DNA of 64,000 nt from Camelus dromedarius (Eukaryota): assembly GCF_036321535.1 (NCBI RefSeq), contig NC_087438.1, forward strand, positions 3,598,001 to 3,662,000. The letters run 5' to 3'. The position numbers were made by a program, and so were the translations under genes. The number at the start of each line of letters is the position of its first letter. Position 1 is the stretch's first letter. Below, piece after piece: positions 1-12,320 of this stretch. Under the pieces are notes generated by a model. That model searched no databases. It saw only the letters and a list, made by a program, of their open reading frames with translations, and was not told the origin of the DNA.

Positions 1-509
1 AAAGCTGCCATTGGGTCAAGCCCCAATTCCGTTCTCGGCTCACTGCATGGCTGGGACCGCTCGTTTGCACACCCTGCCTCAGCCCTGCTCCTTTCTTTCC
101 CTTCTCCTCAGACAGGGCCACTGACTAGTCTCCTTTCTCGATGGAATCAACCTATGGTTTTCCTCCCAACACTGAATCAGACTCACTCTCTTCCCGTAGT
201 CATGACTGCCCATCCAGCCAGCTCTGTTCTTCGGAAGGGGGCGAGACCTCCCAGGGCCCCTTTGAAATGCAGATGTTGAGTTAAGCACTGGGGAGGCTAA
301 TTCTTGCACAACTGTGTGACTTGGTGAGGGGGGCGGGCTCTGTCCATCCAGACCTACCGGAGCACGGCGTCACCCCGTGGAAAGGGAGTGAGTTCTGCAA
401 AGGAAATCAGGGTTCATTTGATGGAAGGAGCAGGAAGGAAAACCTCAAGGAGGAGGAGACACCAAAAACATGAGTCCTCCACTGGGCTTTAATCCTGCCT
501 TCACCAACC

Positions 510-1063
510 TGTCATTTGGAAGAAACCACGATGAAACGTGAACACCCTTTAATCTCCGGTGGCCGGCTGCCAGCAGCTGATCATCTCCGAGGTTTTACCT
601 TGATTCCTGTGGACAAAGAATGTCACCTGCTACATCAGTAAAAGAAGGCCATCAGGCCATCAGCCACTGCAGCTGCCTCCACCCGTGCACCCCGAGAGCA
701 GAAGAGCAAGCTCCCCGCCCTCGGGGCTGGCAGTGCGTGTCAGAGGGATGACTGCGAGCAGCCCAGTCTCTTGCATCTCCTCATACACAGAGACCTGCTA
801 AAGTCATTAACTTGAGGTGTCTTTTTTTGTTTTCTTTTATTAGCAGTAATCTTTTGATGTTCGACTGTTTTTTTTGGTTTTCGTTTTTTGTTTTTTTTTT
901 TTTTTCCAAAAAAACCCTGTATATCCTGGCTCCTCCCTTGCCTCTTCAGAACAGGCTCTTACTGCTGTCTGAGAGGCTGTCTCCCAGGCTGAAGTCCTCA
1001 GCATGTTCTCTGAATGAAATATAACTCTCAACTTTCAGGTTGTACTTTTTTTTTCAGTCAACA
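510..1063 (+). mobile_element. Probable ERV solo LTR (family not assigned)
   Basis: TG...CA termini (tgtcattt ... ttcagtcaaca); TATA-like gtatat and poly(A)-signal-like aatgaaa in the 3' half; near-duplicated aacc/cacc flanks. Confidence 0.5.
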
Positions 1064-1289
1064 CACCTTAGTGACTTTCATAACTTTTATGAAGCTTTCT
1101 CAGCTTTTAAAACTTTATTCCATTTATCTTATGCTTATGAAGGTACCATCACATCCCAACCCCTTCTCTTCATTAGCCCTAAACTTGAACTTCAGTGTGA
1201 TACTAACCCCGATATTAATCACTGTGACTAACATTATCCCTTAATGGTAGGTCTAAGAAACTTACATCTTTTCATCATTTCCAAACTTC

Positions 1290-2826
1290 CTCACACACCT
1301 ACAGTCAAGTAACCTTTGACAAAAGGGACAAGAACACAGAATGGAGAAAGGACAGTCTTTCCAGCAAATTGCGCTGGAAAGAAGTTGGACAGCCCCACGT
1401 AAATCACTGAAGCTAGAACACTCCCTCACACACACACAAAAATAAACTCCAAATGGCTTAAAGACTTAAATATATAAGACAGGACACCATAAAATTCTTA
1501 GAAGAGAACACAGGCAAAACATTCTCGACATAAATCGTAGCGATGTTTTCTGAGGGCAGTCTCCCAAGGCAAAGAAATAAAAGCAAAACTAAACAAATGG
1601 GACCTAATCAAACTTACAAAATTTTGCACAGCAAAGGAAGCCATAAGCAAATGAGAAGACAACCTACGGAATGAGAGAAAATATTGCAAACGATGCAACT
1701 AACAAAATATGCAAACAGCTCATAACAACACAATAACGAAAAGCAAACAGCCCGATCAAAAGGGCAGAAAACCTAAAAAGATATTTCCTCAGAGAAGATA
1801 TACAGATGGCCACTAGGCACATGAAAAGATGATCAACATCACTAGTTACTAGAGAAATGCAAATCAAAACTACAATGAAGTTCACTTCACACCAGTCAGA
1901 ATGGCCTCATCAAAAAGTCTACAAATAATAAACACTGGAGAGAGTGTGGAGAAAAGGGAACCATCCTACACGGTTGGTGGGAATGGAAATTGGTGCAGCC
2001 ACTATGGAAACCAGTATGGAGATTCCTTTAAAAAACTGAAAATGGAGTTAACATATGATCTAGCAATTCTGCTTCTGTGCATATACCCTGAAAAGTTGAA
2101 AACTCTGATTCAAAAAGATTCTTGCACCCCAGTGTTTACAGAAGCACTATTAATAATAGCCAAGACATGAAAACAACCTAAGTGTCCATCAACAGACGAC
2201 TGGATACAGATGTGGTATATATATATATATATATTTTCATATTATACATTCCATTATATATTGTATATATATGCACACATATATAACATACATATGTATG
2301 TGTATATGTATAATATATATTTAGACATGGAAGCAACCTAAATGTCCATAGACAGATGACTAGCTAAAGAAGATGTGGTATATATACAATGGACTACTAT
2401 TCAGCCATAAAAAAGAATGAAATAATGCCATTTGTAGCAACATGGATAGACCTAGAGATGATCATACTAAGTGAAGTAAGTCAGACAAAGACAAATATCA
2501 TATGATATCACTTACATGTAGAATCTAAAAAATAGTACAAATGAACTTATTTGCAAAACAGAAACAGAGTCACAGACATAGAAATAAATTAATGACTACC
2601 AAAGGGAAGGTGGGGGAGGGATAAATTAGGAGTTTGGGATTAGCAGATACACACTACTGTGTATGAAAGAGATAAACAACAAGGGCCTACTATACAGCAC
2701 AGGGAACTATATTCAATACCTATAATGGAAAAGAATATATATATACTTATATATATTTGTAGTCAAATCTCTTCACTGTACACCTGAAACTAACACAATA
2801 TTATGAACCAACTATTAAAAAAAAAC
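1290..2826 (+). mobile_element. 5'-truncated LINE-1 (ORF2 C-terminal remnants, 3' UTR, poly(A))
   Basis: ORF 1901..2170 ([16 protein letters not shown]...KKLKMELTYDLAILLLCIYP) matches the L1 ORF2 C-terminus; typical 3' UTR; A-run at ~2817-2826. Confidence 0.92.
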
Positions 2827-2906
2827 ACCCTCAGATTCTTTTTTTTTTTTTTTTTGGTCTGAGACTAAAGTTTTAAATACTTGAATAATCTAATTTTAAA
2901 TAGAAC

Positions 2907-3217
2907 TGTGATATTTTGATTTATAACAAGAAATATATATTTGATCTTCATCCTGGTCTTAGCTCAGAGCTCCTAAAACCCTTAGAATTTCCTCAGTGAT
3001 GGGAGCAATGTGTGTACTTTGTTATATGTCAATGAGGAAGCTTCTGGAAAGTCCCTTGGCAACCTAAGGTTGGGGGGTGATTGTCAAGGGAAACTAAAAC
3101 CCAGTAATTGAAGGGTTGGAACTTTCAGTCCCACTCTCCTGACCTTTGTGGATGGGAGAGGAGCTGGAGGTTGAATTGATGGCCAATGACTTAATCAGTT
3201 ATGCCCATGTAATGAGG
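2907..3217. mobile_element. MER21-like ERVL LTR fragment
   Basis: agagctcctaaaacccttagaatttcc and gggttggaactttcagtcccac...ggccaatgacttaatcagttatgcccatgtaatga motifs. Confidence 0.7.
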
Positions 3218-3224
3218 CAAATCT

Positions 3225-3620
3225 TAGATCTGCTGAACGTTAGCTGTGTGACTTTGGGCAAATTACTTAACATCTCTGTGCCCAGGTTTCTTCTGTATGC
3301 CAGACAAGGTCCAACCAAGACAATGGAAACCTTTATGGTGGTTTAAAGACAAAGAGGACTTAATGTGATCGTCACAGGAGACAGAAGCTGGACTCACGGA
3401 GGGAATGTCCTGCCAGGACGTTCATGGGTGCACAGCCAGTGGGGGCAGCCCCTCCCCAAATGGAAAGCAGAGTCGTAGGGCCAGATATGAGGGCACCCGT
3501 CCTGGTGTATAAAGTGGGCATGAGGACAGTACCCTCCCTGAGGGGTTGTACTGAGAGTGACGAGCTGATCCCGCTGATGCCTGAGCCTGCCTGGCACCTG
3601 ATGGGGGCTCACCAAGCACT
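3225..3620. mobile_element. MIR SINE fragments
   Basis: MIR core tagctgtgtgactttgggcaaattacttaacatctctgtgcc at ~3240-3300, and a second degenerate piece at ~3500-3620. Confidence 0.6.
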
Positions 3621-6600
3621 ACCTCGTGTGACCCTGGCGGGGTGTTGCAGTAGCAAGGACAAAGCCGTCAGCTCAAGTTGAAGACCAGCTGGGACAAGCC
3701 GTAAGAAGACGGCTTTTTGTTAGTTGCTGTTTTGACATGAAACTTCCTCCCTGGCTGCACCTGCATCTAAACGTCTTGGGGTTAAACTCTGTTGGTCCAT
3801 CCAATGCCAGGAAAACGAGTTTCTACTGATACCCCGTGGTTTTGGCATTAGGAAAATATAGAAACATTAGGCGTTGCCACTAGTTTCATTTCATTTACTC
3901 GGGAAACTCCCACTCACTGGATTCTAAGAAAATCAAGACACTTGCTTGGAGTGAGAGGCCAGGGCAGCTTGCTCTCCATGGGCACAGCGAATGTCCTCTT
4001 TGCTGAACACAACACAGTTCCAAGACCCGACAGTGGATTCTGGAGAGCTGTTGAGTGGGAAGACCATGGATGTACGGGAGGTCCCTCAAAGCACTTTAAA
4101 AATCCACACCTTAAAATCAAGTTTAGCAAGACTCAGTGTGTCACAGGTTCCGGCTCATTTCGACCAGGCATTTGCCATTGCCAGTGTGCATGCACTGCCA
4201 AACGTTTACAAAATCATTTTACCCGCTTTGGCTCATTTGATCCTCAGAGAAACCAAGTGACCTGGGAAGGACGGGGTGCCATGCCCTCTTCTGGGGATAA
4301 GATGCAGCAAGTGCGGTGGCCTGTCCCGCGGGACTGAGTGGTCCAGAGCATGAAAACGAGCTTGGCCCCTCACTCCACGTGCGAGCTTGTTTGGACGGCT
4401 GCCCTGCTCAGGCGTTTTACAGAAAGTTGCCATCACCTTGGGATGCAGAACATGCAGCTTCAATATGTGCTTAACTTCGGTGTCTCCTCCCATTCAGGTT
4501 CTCTCTCTCTCTCTCTCCATTGTTGCTAAACCACCTTAATTGTGTTTGTGAGATGCAAATGTGATTAAGCATGGATGCAGAATTCACAATACACTCAATA
4601 AAAACAAAACAAAACAAAACAAAAACAAGAGCTAACATCTTCTTTCCTTGAAGACATTTTCACTGGTTCCCCGTTAGGGAAATGACTCCTTGGAGAATCT
4701 TTCATGCAAGACACCCGTTTGTTTGGAGCGATGTTGAATGTCCTCGTTAACAGCCCCAATCCCACCAGGAAGCCTCGCTCTCTGGCAGGGCCTGCCTGAT
4801 GTGACCCAGTCTCCCCCTAGGGTGTTCGCCTACTTGAAGGAGAGCCTGCCAAAAAACGCAGCCCACTTCACTTTCTCCCTAATTAGGAAATTATCACATA
4901 CTCACTGTAGGTGGATTGGAAAGTACTGGGGCGGGGGGAGGGGGTTGGGGGGATAAGGAAGAAAGGAAGGAAGGAAGGAAGAGCTTCACTGATCCCACCA
5001 GCTGGAAATAATCATTATTAAGCTTTTTGTGTATTTCCTTCCAGCATTTTAAAAAGTATTTTGTGATTGCAATTTTGTGCATGTTAAGACTCTTCCTCCA
5101 TTCAAAAACTAAACTTGCAGAATTTGTACCGGATGTGCAGAATCTCCCAAAGAAAGAGAGAAGGGAGCCAGCAGCTCCAGAAAGGTATTCCTTGCCCGGG
5201 ACCTGTGTGCGGAGGGTGTGGGGCTGGAACTGTGTATCACCCTGGGGCTGCTGGCGTCAGCCTCACCCTCTGCCCGCTCTGTACGCGGGGCTTCTGTGTG
5301 CGCTCACGTTGTGATGCAGGCTGCTATAAACTGTACCTGCTTCTGCAAAGGACAGATTCGCACTCTCATACTGTCTTCATGGTGCACCCACAATCATCTA
5401 GTCCGACCCAGCTCTGCTCCGGGGACCTGCCTGCCAAGCACTGGAGCTGGTCTCTAGGTCAAACATCTGAGGGCACAAGAGAAACAGACTTCCTTGCTTC
5501 CTCACAATTTAATTTTGTGGACAGATTATTTTTTCCTGAATTTCAGGTATTTGCAAGTGCGCTGATAAAGCATCCGAGTTAGTACACAGGGGCCGTGAAA
5601 TTCACACAACACGATGCGGATTTTAGAAAATCAATGCCGCCTCTTAGTTTCTTCACAGCTGAGCTGCAACACTTCGAGTGCTTGTCGTATGGCGCGTGGC
5701 GGACAAAATTTGAGTTGTCTGGTGAACCGCAGACGTCTCTCACTGCTGCCTTCCTGAGGAATGTGCCGCTGGTGGCAGTGCTCAGATTCTCTGCCAGGGA
5801 TGCTCTCTCCTCCCAGGCGCGGCCTCGCCGCCCAGGACCGGCTCCGCCCGCGCGCCCCCCCCACCCCCCCGTGCGCAGCCCAGGGCGCCCACGGCTGCGG
5901 AGCCAGGCTGCGGGTGTCCGCGCCGAGCACCCCCATGGGAAGGCGTGGGGTCTCATCGCGGTCTCCCTTGGCACCGCCTCGGTGTCTAAGGATGTTGAGC
6001 TCTTTTCTATGTACTTAATTTCCACCTGCTTTCCACATCTTTTATACTTTTTAAAATGCATTGTTTTCTTATTTTTGAGTTTTGATTATTTGGCACAGGA
6101 GCCCTTTGTCAGACTCGGGATTTGCAAACATTTCCTGTCTTTCCCTCCTCTTAGCACCTCTCACAGGGCAGGACCCGGCCATTTGGGTGAAGCCAGTCGT
6201 TCAGTTTGCCATGTTGTGGCTTGTGCTTCCGGTGCCGTGTCCGAGGGGTCTTCGCCTCCTCCAAGGGCACGGGCGTTTTCTCTCACGCTCTCTTCCAGAC
6301 GTTTGGCACAGCTGGGGCCCAGTTGGGTCTGCGATGCTCCCTGAGGTTCTCTGGTGTAAAACGAGAAGCTCGGGTTTGGGTGGATGGGTGTCCGATGGTT
6401 CCAGCGCCGCCCGATGGAGCCTTTGTTTTCCACAGTGCGTGTTACAGCTGCTCAGCCCTGGACAGGGTGTTCATGTGAAATTTCTCATTTAATTTTCAAA
6501 GCAATCCTCTGAGCATGGGGGGATGGAGTCATCTACCGTCTCCACCCGGACAGACAGGGACCCCGAGGCAGAGAGCGTGTGAGTGCTGCCCGGGGTCACC

Positions 6601-7922
6601 CAGCAGGAAAAAGCAGGGCTGAGACCCGGATGGCACCTGCCTGGGCTCCCTCTAGCCCTCTGAGGCTGCTTCAGCCCAAAGTCAAATAAAAACTACTCTT
6701 GACCTGGTAAAGAGAGATGTTTTGAAGAGGGAGAGAGGGGCCGTTGCCACGTGGGGAGGACACACAGTCAGGTCCGGAAGCTTCTCACCAGTCAGGGACG
6801 GGGCCTCTTTGGTGGAGAGGAGTGACCCTCTGTGGGGAAGTGGGCGGGGAGGGCGGCCTGCCAGGGCAGGAGGTCAGAGGACGCCCCAGCCCAGAGGGCA
6901 GGCAAAGGGAAACCTCCCAGGCAGGAGTGACTGGACCCTGATGAGGGAGCTGGAGAAAGTCCCCAGAAAGGACCGCAGATGCAGGGCCCCGCAGAGAGAC
7001 GTGGCGGTGAAGGGGCCTTCCCCCACACAGACCTGTAAGGGGACGGCCGCGTCACGTGCCAGGGTTTGACGGCTGAACTCCAGGGACACAATGTTGCTGC
7101 AAAAACAACACATATTTAAAAAGTTGAGGTTGAGGTTTCTCTACGTGAGTTCAAAGAAGGGCCTTCAAGGAGCCCCGGCAGCTGCAGAAGGCCTGTGAGG
7201 AGAGGCCTGGGATGGGCCCGGGGTCGGGCTCTCCCCGCAGACCACTGAACTGGGGTTCCCAGAGAGGGCCCCCGGCATCTGCGTTCTTTTCTGAACCGTC
7301 CACGTGGAAGCCTCTCTGGCATAGAGCCCAGAGCTGGCATATCACACAAGAAAAGAGTGTTCCATGTAGAGGGAGTGATTTGAAAAAAGAGATAGAGGTA
7401 GAAATTAGTTTTCAGAAGTTAGAGAATATTCTGTAGGCCAGACTCAGAACGAGTCAGGTCCCAGAATCATTTCTCAGCCCCGTAATCCATTTCCCTGTTG
7501 TTTCCTCTTTCGCAAATACATATATTTGCCATCAGTCAGCATCTCGATGGCAAGAAGTGAGTTGGAGCGGGGAGTTAACTCGAGTGCGAGAAAAATGCCC
7601 CATTTCCTTCTGCTTCGTCAGGGAGTCTCTTGCAGGCTAGCAGACCACGTGGAGGTGCTTGTTCTGAGGGAGCAGGGCTCCAGCCCCGCTCCCGCCTGCT
7701 CTCGTCCCCGGAGCCGCCCCAGCCGGGCCCTTCCCGGCTGGGGAGCCCTTTCTTCTTACATCACCCTGCTCAAGGCCAGCGAGAGAGGCACCACGTAAAC
7801 TTAGGACGGAAGAAGCTAAACGGTGACAACCAAGGGTAAGAACACATTTTCTAAGAGGTGACTACTGCTTCACCTCCTGTCGAGGCAGGGGGACACCTTT
7901 GTAAATTCACAGCTTCTAATCT

Positions 7923-8100
7923 CTTTTTTAAAAATATATTTTAAATGGAAGCATAGTTGATTCACAGTAGTATATTAGGCTCTGCTTCCCTGTGCTGTGA
8001 CTATACGCTTGTAGCTCATCCGTTTTATACCCAGTCGTCTGCACCTCCTACTCCCGGCCAACCTTGCCCCCCGTCACTGGGAACCACTGGTTTGTTCCCT
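7923..8100 (-). mobile_element. Short L1 3'-end fragment
   Basis: T-rich start followed by gaagcatagttgattcaca...ttccctgtgctgt, shared with other minus-strand L1 ends in this window. Confidence 0.6.
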
Positions 8101-10289
8101 CGCAGCTTCTAATTTCTAACCTCGACTTTGGTCTTGGCTGCCCAGGCCACGCAAAGCCTTCCTTTCCATCCAGGTTCTGTGGAAACAAGTGTCTGATGAT
8201 GGATGGGACGGGTCTTGCGGGACGGGTCTTGCAGCCCTGGCTTGTGAGTTTCCCAAGACTGCATCCTCCAGACCTACTGCATCATGCATCTCTGTCTTTA
8301 TCTCATCCCTGTGGGTGACTTTGGAGAAGTGGAGTGGCTGTAGACAGACCAAGAGCTCCAAAAGATGCCTATGAAGATACTTCTGGCTTATAGCCTAAGT
8401 TTTAGTTCATTTCACGCACAAGTGTGTGTTTTCCCATAGAAGCAGGTTAATGATGCTTCATCATTAGTGCACTGATCCATTCGTCAGTGTATGCACTGAG
8501 CACCTACCCTGCGCTAGGCTGTGAATGGGGCAGGACCGCTACGTATGGGAGCCCACCGTCCAGGGAACAAGGGGAGGGGAGCCTCCAGGAAGGACCCTGA
8601 TGAGTCGGTCTGATGAATCTTTCTCTTCGCTGAGCATTAACTTGAGGCCTTCATTTCCCCTGAAGTACCCAACAGGGTGTCTCTGTCCAGAGTGAAATGA
8701 ATGTACAATTAACATAAACCAGTGTGGGGGGAGGAAGCCCCCTTCTCAGGGCAGCTAAAGGAGATGCCAGCAGCACAGGGCGCATTTGCGTGTCTCAACT
8801 CCAGGGAGCGCCCCTCAGCTCGGTCTGCGCCCACCACACGGTCAGAAATGACTCAGGCCTGCCCTGCACAGCAGTGGGGTCACGTTCGGGGCCGGGCAGT
8901 TGCAGAATCAGGGAAGGAGTCAGATCAGGTTAGATAAGCTGTGTCTTCCTCTGAGCAAAGTGATGGGGTTTTGTTGTTGTTTTTATTTTTGAAGGTGGGC
9001 TCACTGGTAGGTCGCCACCCAAGCATGGCAGACGAGATGCTCGCTGGTGGTGAGACAGTGGGACTGGGGACTCGGGCTCACCGTCCCCCGGCAGGGGCTC
9101 GTGGTGGAGGGAGAGGGGGAAGAAGACCCCAGCAGGATGGCCTCCTCGGGGGACAGATGGCTCTCCTGAGAGTGGGGTGGGGTGGCCAGATGGACAGGGG
9201 CTGAGGGAGTACAGGCATGGGTCCGGGGTGATGGGGTGGGGCCCTTGTCTTGGGGTGCCTTCTACATGGGGAGCGGGGAGGAGCCCGCCTGGGGCTGGTG
9301 CGGCTTAGACCCTCTCTTCCTGAGTACCCCCCCCCCCCCGCCTTGGGCAGACTCTGCCTCTTGGCCTAGGTGGTGAAGAACTCGCTACTCCCATCACAGC
9401 CTGAGAAGGTATATTGGTCAGGGGAGGTGCTGGGGCAGAGGCTCAGCGGAGATCAGGGTACGCTGGAGAGAGGATGGGGGAGCACCTTTGCCAGCACCTT
9501 TCCTCTCCGTGCATTGAGGAAGGAGCCTCCGCTTCCTACATGGGCCACAGTGGACCCTGACGTGGACAGCTCTGACGCCCAAGATCCCACAGTCGCCAAA
9601 GACAAAGGTGAATTGGACCCTAACTCCAAATTCTCCATGGCCCCTCAGCTTCCTGAGGGATGACTTTTAGGCAGAGAAGCACATCCCTGTGCCTGTGAGC
9701 ACAGGGCTGACGGGCCCCCACCCATTCCAGACCCTGACGCTTTACGGACCTCTGCCCAGGGGTGTCTGCAAGCGGACGCCCCAGTTCAGGTCAGGGGCTG
9801 CGCTCCCCTGGACACCCATGTGTGCCCCGAAGTGCATGCAGACTCCCCACCCGGAGCCAGACACCCTTTCTGTCTCCAACATTGCGCCCCCTGGACCCCG
9901 GGGGGCGGGGAAGATGGGATCAGGGGCTCACACACCTGCTGGTGCCCTCCCTCGTGCCCTTCAAGGGGAAACCCAACCCACTCCATGAGTCCTTGTCTGT
10001 CACGGGATCAATAAAAGAATGGATGCTGCCTGTCATTTTGCAGCAAGGTTGAGAACCCCTTTGAATTAGGTAAGTCTGGCTTGATGTAATTTTGAATAAA
10101 CAAATAACAAGAAAAAAGAAACAGAAAAGGAGAAATCTTCTGATCAAGTGCCCTGAACTTACAATTAGGTGCCATATTTGACTTGATCTCCCCAAGTTTA
10201 CAGGGAATGACAGGCCTGGATTAAAACCTTCCCGCTTGAGCAACTGACATTCCGACGGAATGAAGGCTGGGAGTGGGATGTAGCCTCGT

Positions 10290-10450
10290 GGCTCTGACAC
10301 TGTCGTGGACACGGAACCACCCAAGGGCTTGTGAAAACACACCCAGGGCTCGGATTTGGCAGGTCAGAGTGGGGCCCAGTCACTTGCTTTCCCAGATTCC
10401 TGGGTGGTGCCGATTCTGCTGGTCCAGTGACCCCACCTTGCGAAGCACTG
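10290..10450. mobile_element. MER5A-like hAT-Charlie element
   Basis: ggtcagagtggggcccag...ctgctggtccagtgaccccaccttgcgaagcactg terminus. Confidence 0.65.
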
Positions 10451-11129
10451 ATGTTGTCCCTTTAGCTTGGCCACCTGGCAGTGCCACAGTGTCTGCCGCC
10501 TGTAGACGCTGCACTGAGGGAACGGAATCACGCGCTCAGGAGCAGCTAATTGCAGCATCAGGAGATGAAGGATTTTCAGATACACGTTGATCCTTTTATC
10601 GTTTGCTTAAAAATGAGGTTTGCTGAAATCTTGGAGTCTAAGACACCAGATTTTTTAAAAAATTCTTTCTCTTACATTTGGGGCTTTAGTTCTTAGCTGC
10701 GGTTTCCTTCCAATGGCTGTCAGCTCATACTGGGCAGAACTACATCCTCTAAATCACTCTTGAAGGCCTTGTGGTATTTAAAGTATCTTCTGTTTCCAAC
10801 ATCCTGGAACACTTAAGTAACCCTTCTCCAGATCAAATAATGTCCCCTGCGTTTTGGTTTATTTACAGTTTCTCTGAGGCTGCGGGAGAGCCAAGCCTTA
10901 GTGCTGGCAGGCAGCTGGGCTGCTCCCACCCTCTGCTACCTGGAGGTTAATTGAAACAAACACCCTGGAGAAGAGAAAGTCACCAGACAGGGGGCAGGAA
11001 AGTGGAGCCCTGGGGCTGGGGCTGCTGCCGCACTGCTGAATTCGAACAGCAAACCCCGAAACTGGGAAGGTCTGGGGCCCTGCCACCCGGGCAGGTCTGG
11101 GTCTCCTTCTTCGGGGATAGACTGCTTTG

Positions 11130-12320
11130 CTTTTGCTATTGTTTTCAATTTTACGTGGAAAGAATTCTGAAATTAGAGGAAAAGTTTTTTTAAAAAGAAC
11201 AAGAACACTTGTATACCTTCTACTAAGAATCATTGTTTCCTTTTTTTCCCATCTGCTCTTCCGTCTGTCCTCTCTGTCTATGTCTGTGGATGTATGTAAC
11301 CTTTTCTGAATCATTTGAGAATAGCTTGCTGACATCATGGCTCTTCTCTCCTGAAAACGGGTGTGCTTGTTTTTTGCATGAACACAGTACAGGTACCAAC
11401 TGCGGTGGCGTTAACGCTGATGCAATCCCTGTATCTGTGTATCTGGCCCACTGTGTGTGTTTCAGTTTTGACAGCTGGCCCCACAGTGTCCTCTATGGCA
11501 TTTTCCCCTCCAGTAAAGGAGCCAGTCTCGGACTGTATCCTGCCTCCAGTTATCCCATCTTTCAGCCTCCTCTCAGCTGAATCCCGTTCGGAACCCCATC
11601 TTTCTGGCTTTCATGGGCTGTGTTCTCAGTGTGTGTTTGCCGATGTTTGCTCACAAGCTGGTCCGTGCCCCGTGTGAGGGAAACTACGCAACACACGCCG
11701 TGCCCGAAGCACAGGGTGTTGTCTGCCCTCATTGCTAAAGTCGTGGTGGGCTCCAGTTTCTTCCTCTGCGGTCACTGGTTTTCCCCTTGTTTCTAATAAG
11801 AAATCTGTGGGGGGGGCAGTTCCTAAAGTATATATATATATATATGTATATACAATCCACCACATACCCCTCACCAGAACCCATCCCAGCCCCCCTCCCC
11901 TCCACATGGGCCGACAGCGTCACTGGTGAGTCTTGCCCGTACCGCTCCGCACAGAGACGGCTGCTAATGAAGCTTTTTCAACCCAGTTCATCCTCGACTT
12001 TATCAGCTGAATGTGGCATTTCACTGAAGGCAAGAGCCTGCCCTTCTCCCCTACTTATTCTGCGTATCTATTTATTGTTGACAAGGATGTAGGGGTTTTT
12101 GCAATAATTCATTACCACCCTCAGTGATGCTGGAATGAAAACTGACCCAGACGTGGCTACTGGGAGCTCCTTCCACCGGCATCTGGGATCTGTGTCCTCG
12201 TCACAAGACCCTGTCTTTTCTTTAGCATTGTCTCCCTTGCTGACACAATAGGATGTTCCAAGCTCATCTTTGACTTCCTCTGCCCCATCCCTAGGACCTG
12301 CCATTTTTATACATAAAACA
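11130..12320 (-). mobile_element. Old L1M (L1MC/ME-like) 3' region, degraded
   Basis: Motifs such as ggctactgggagctccttc...aggatgttccaagctcatctttgacttcctctgcccc. Confidence 0.5.

Noticed and set aside
5595..6344. 249-aa ORF, the longest in the window
   Set aside because: GTG start, spans a GC-rich block where stops are rare, no recognisable domain or splice structure
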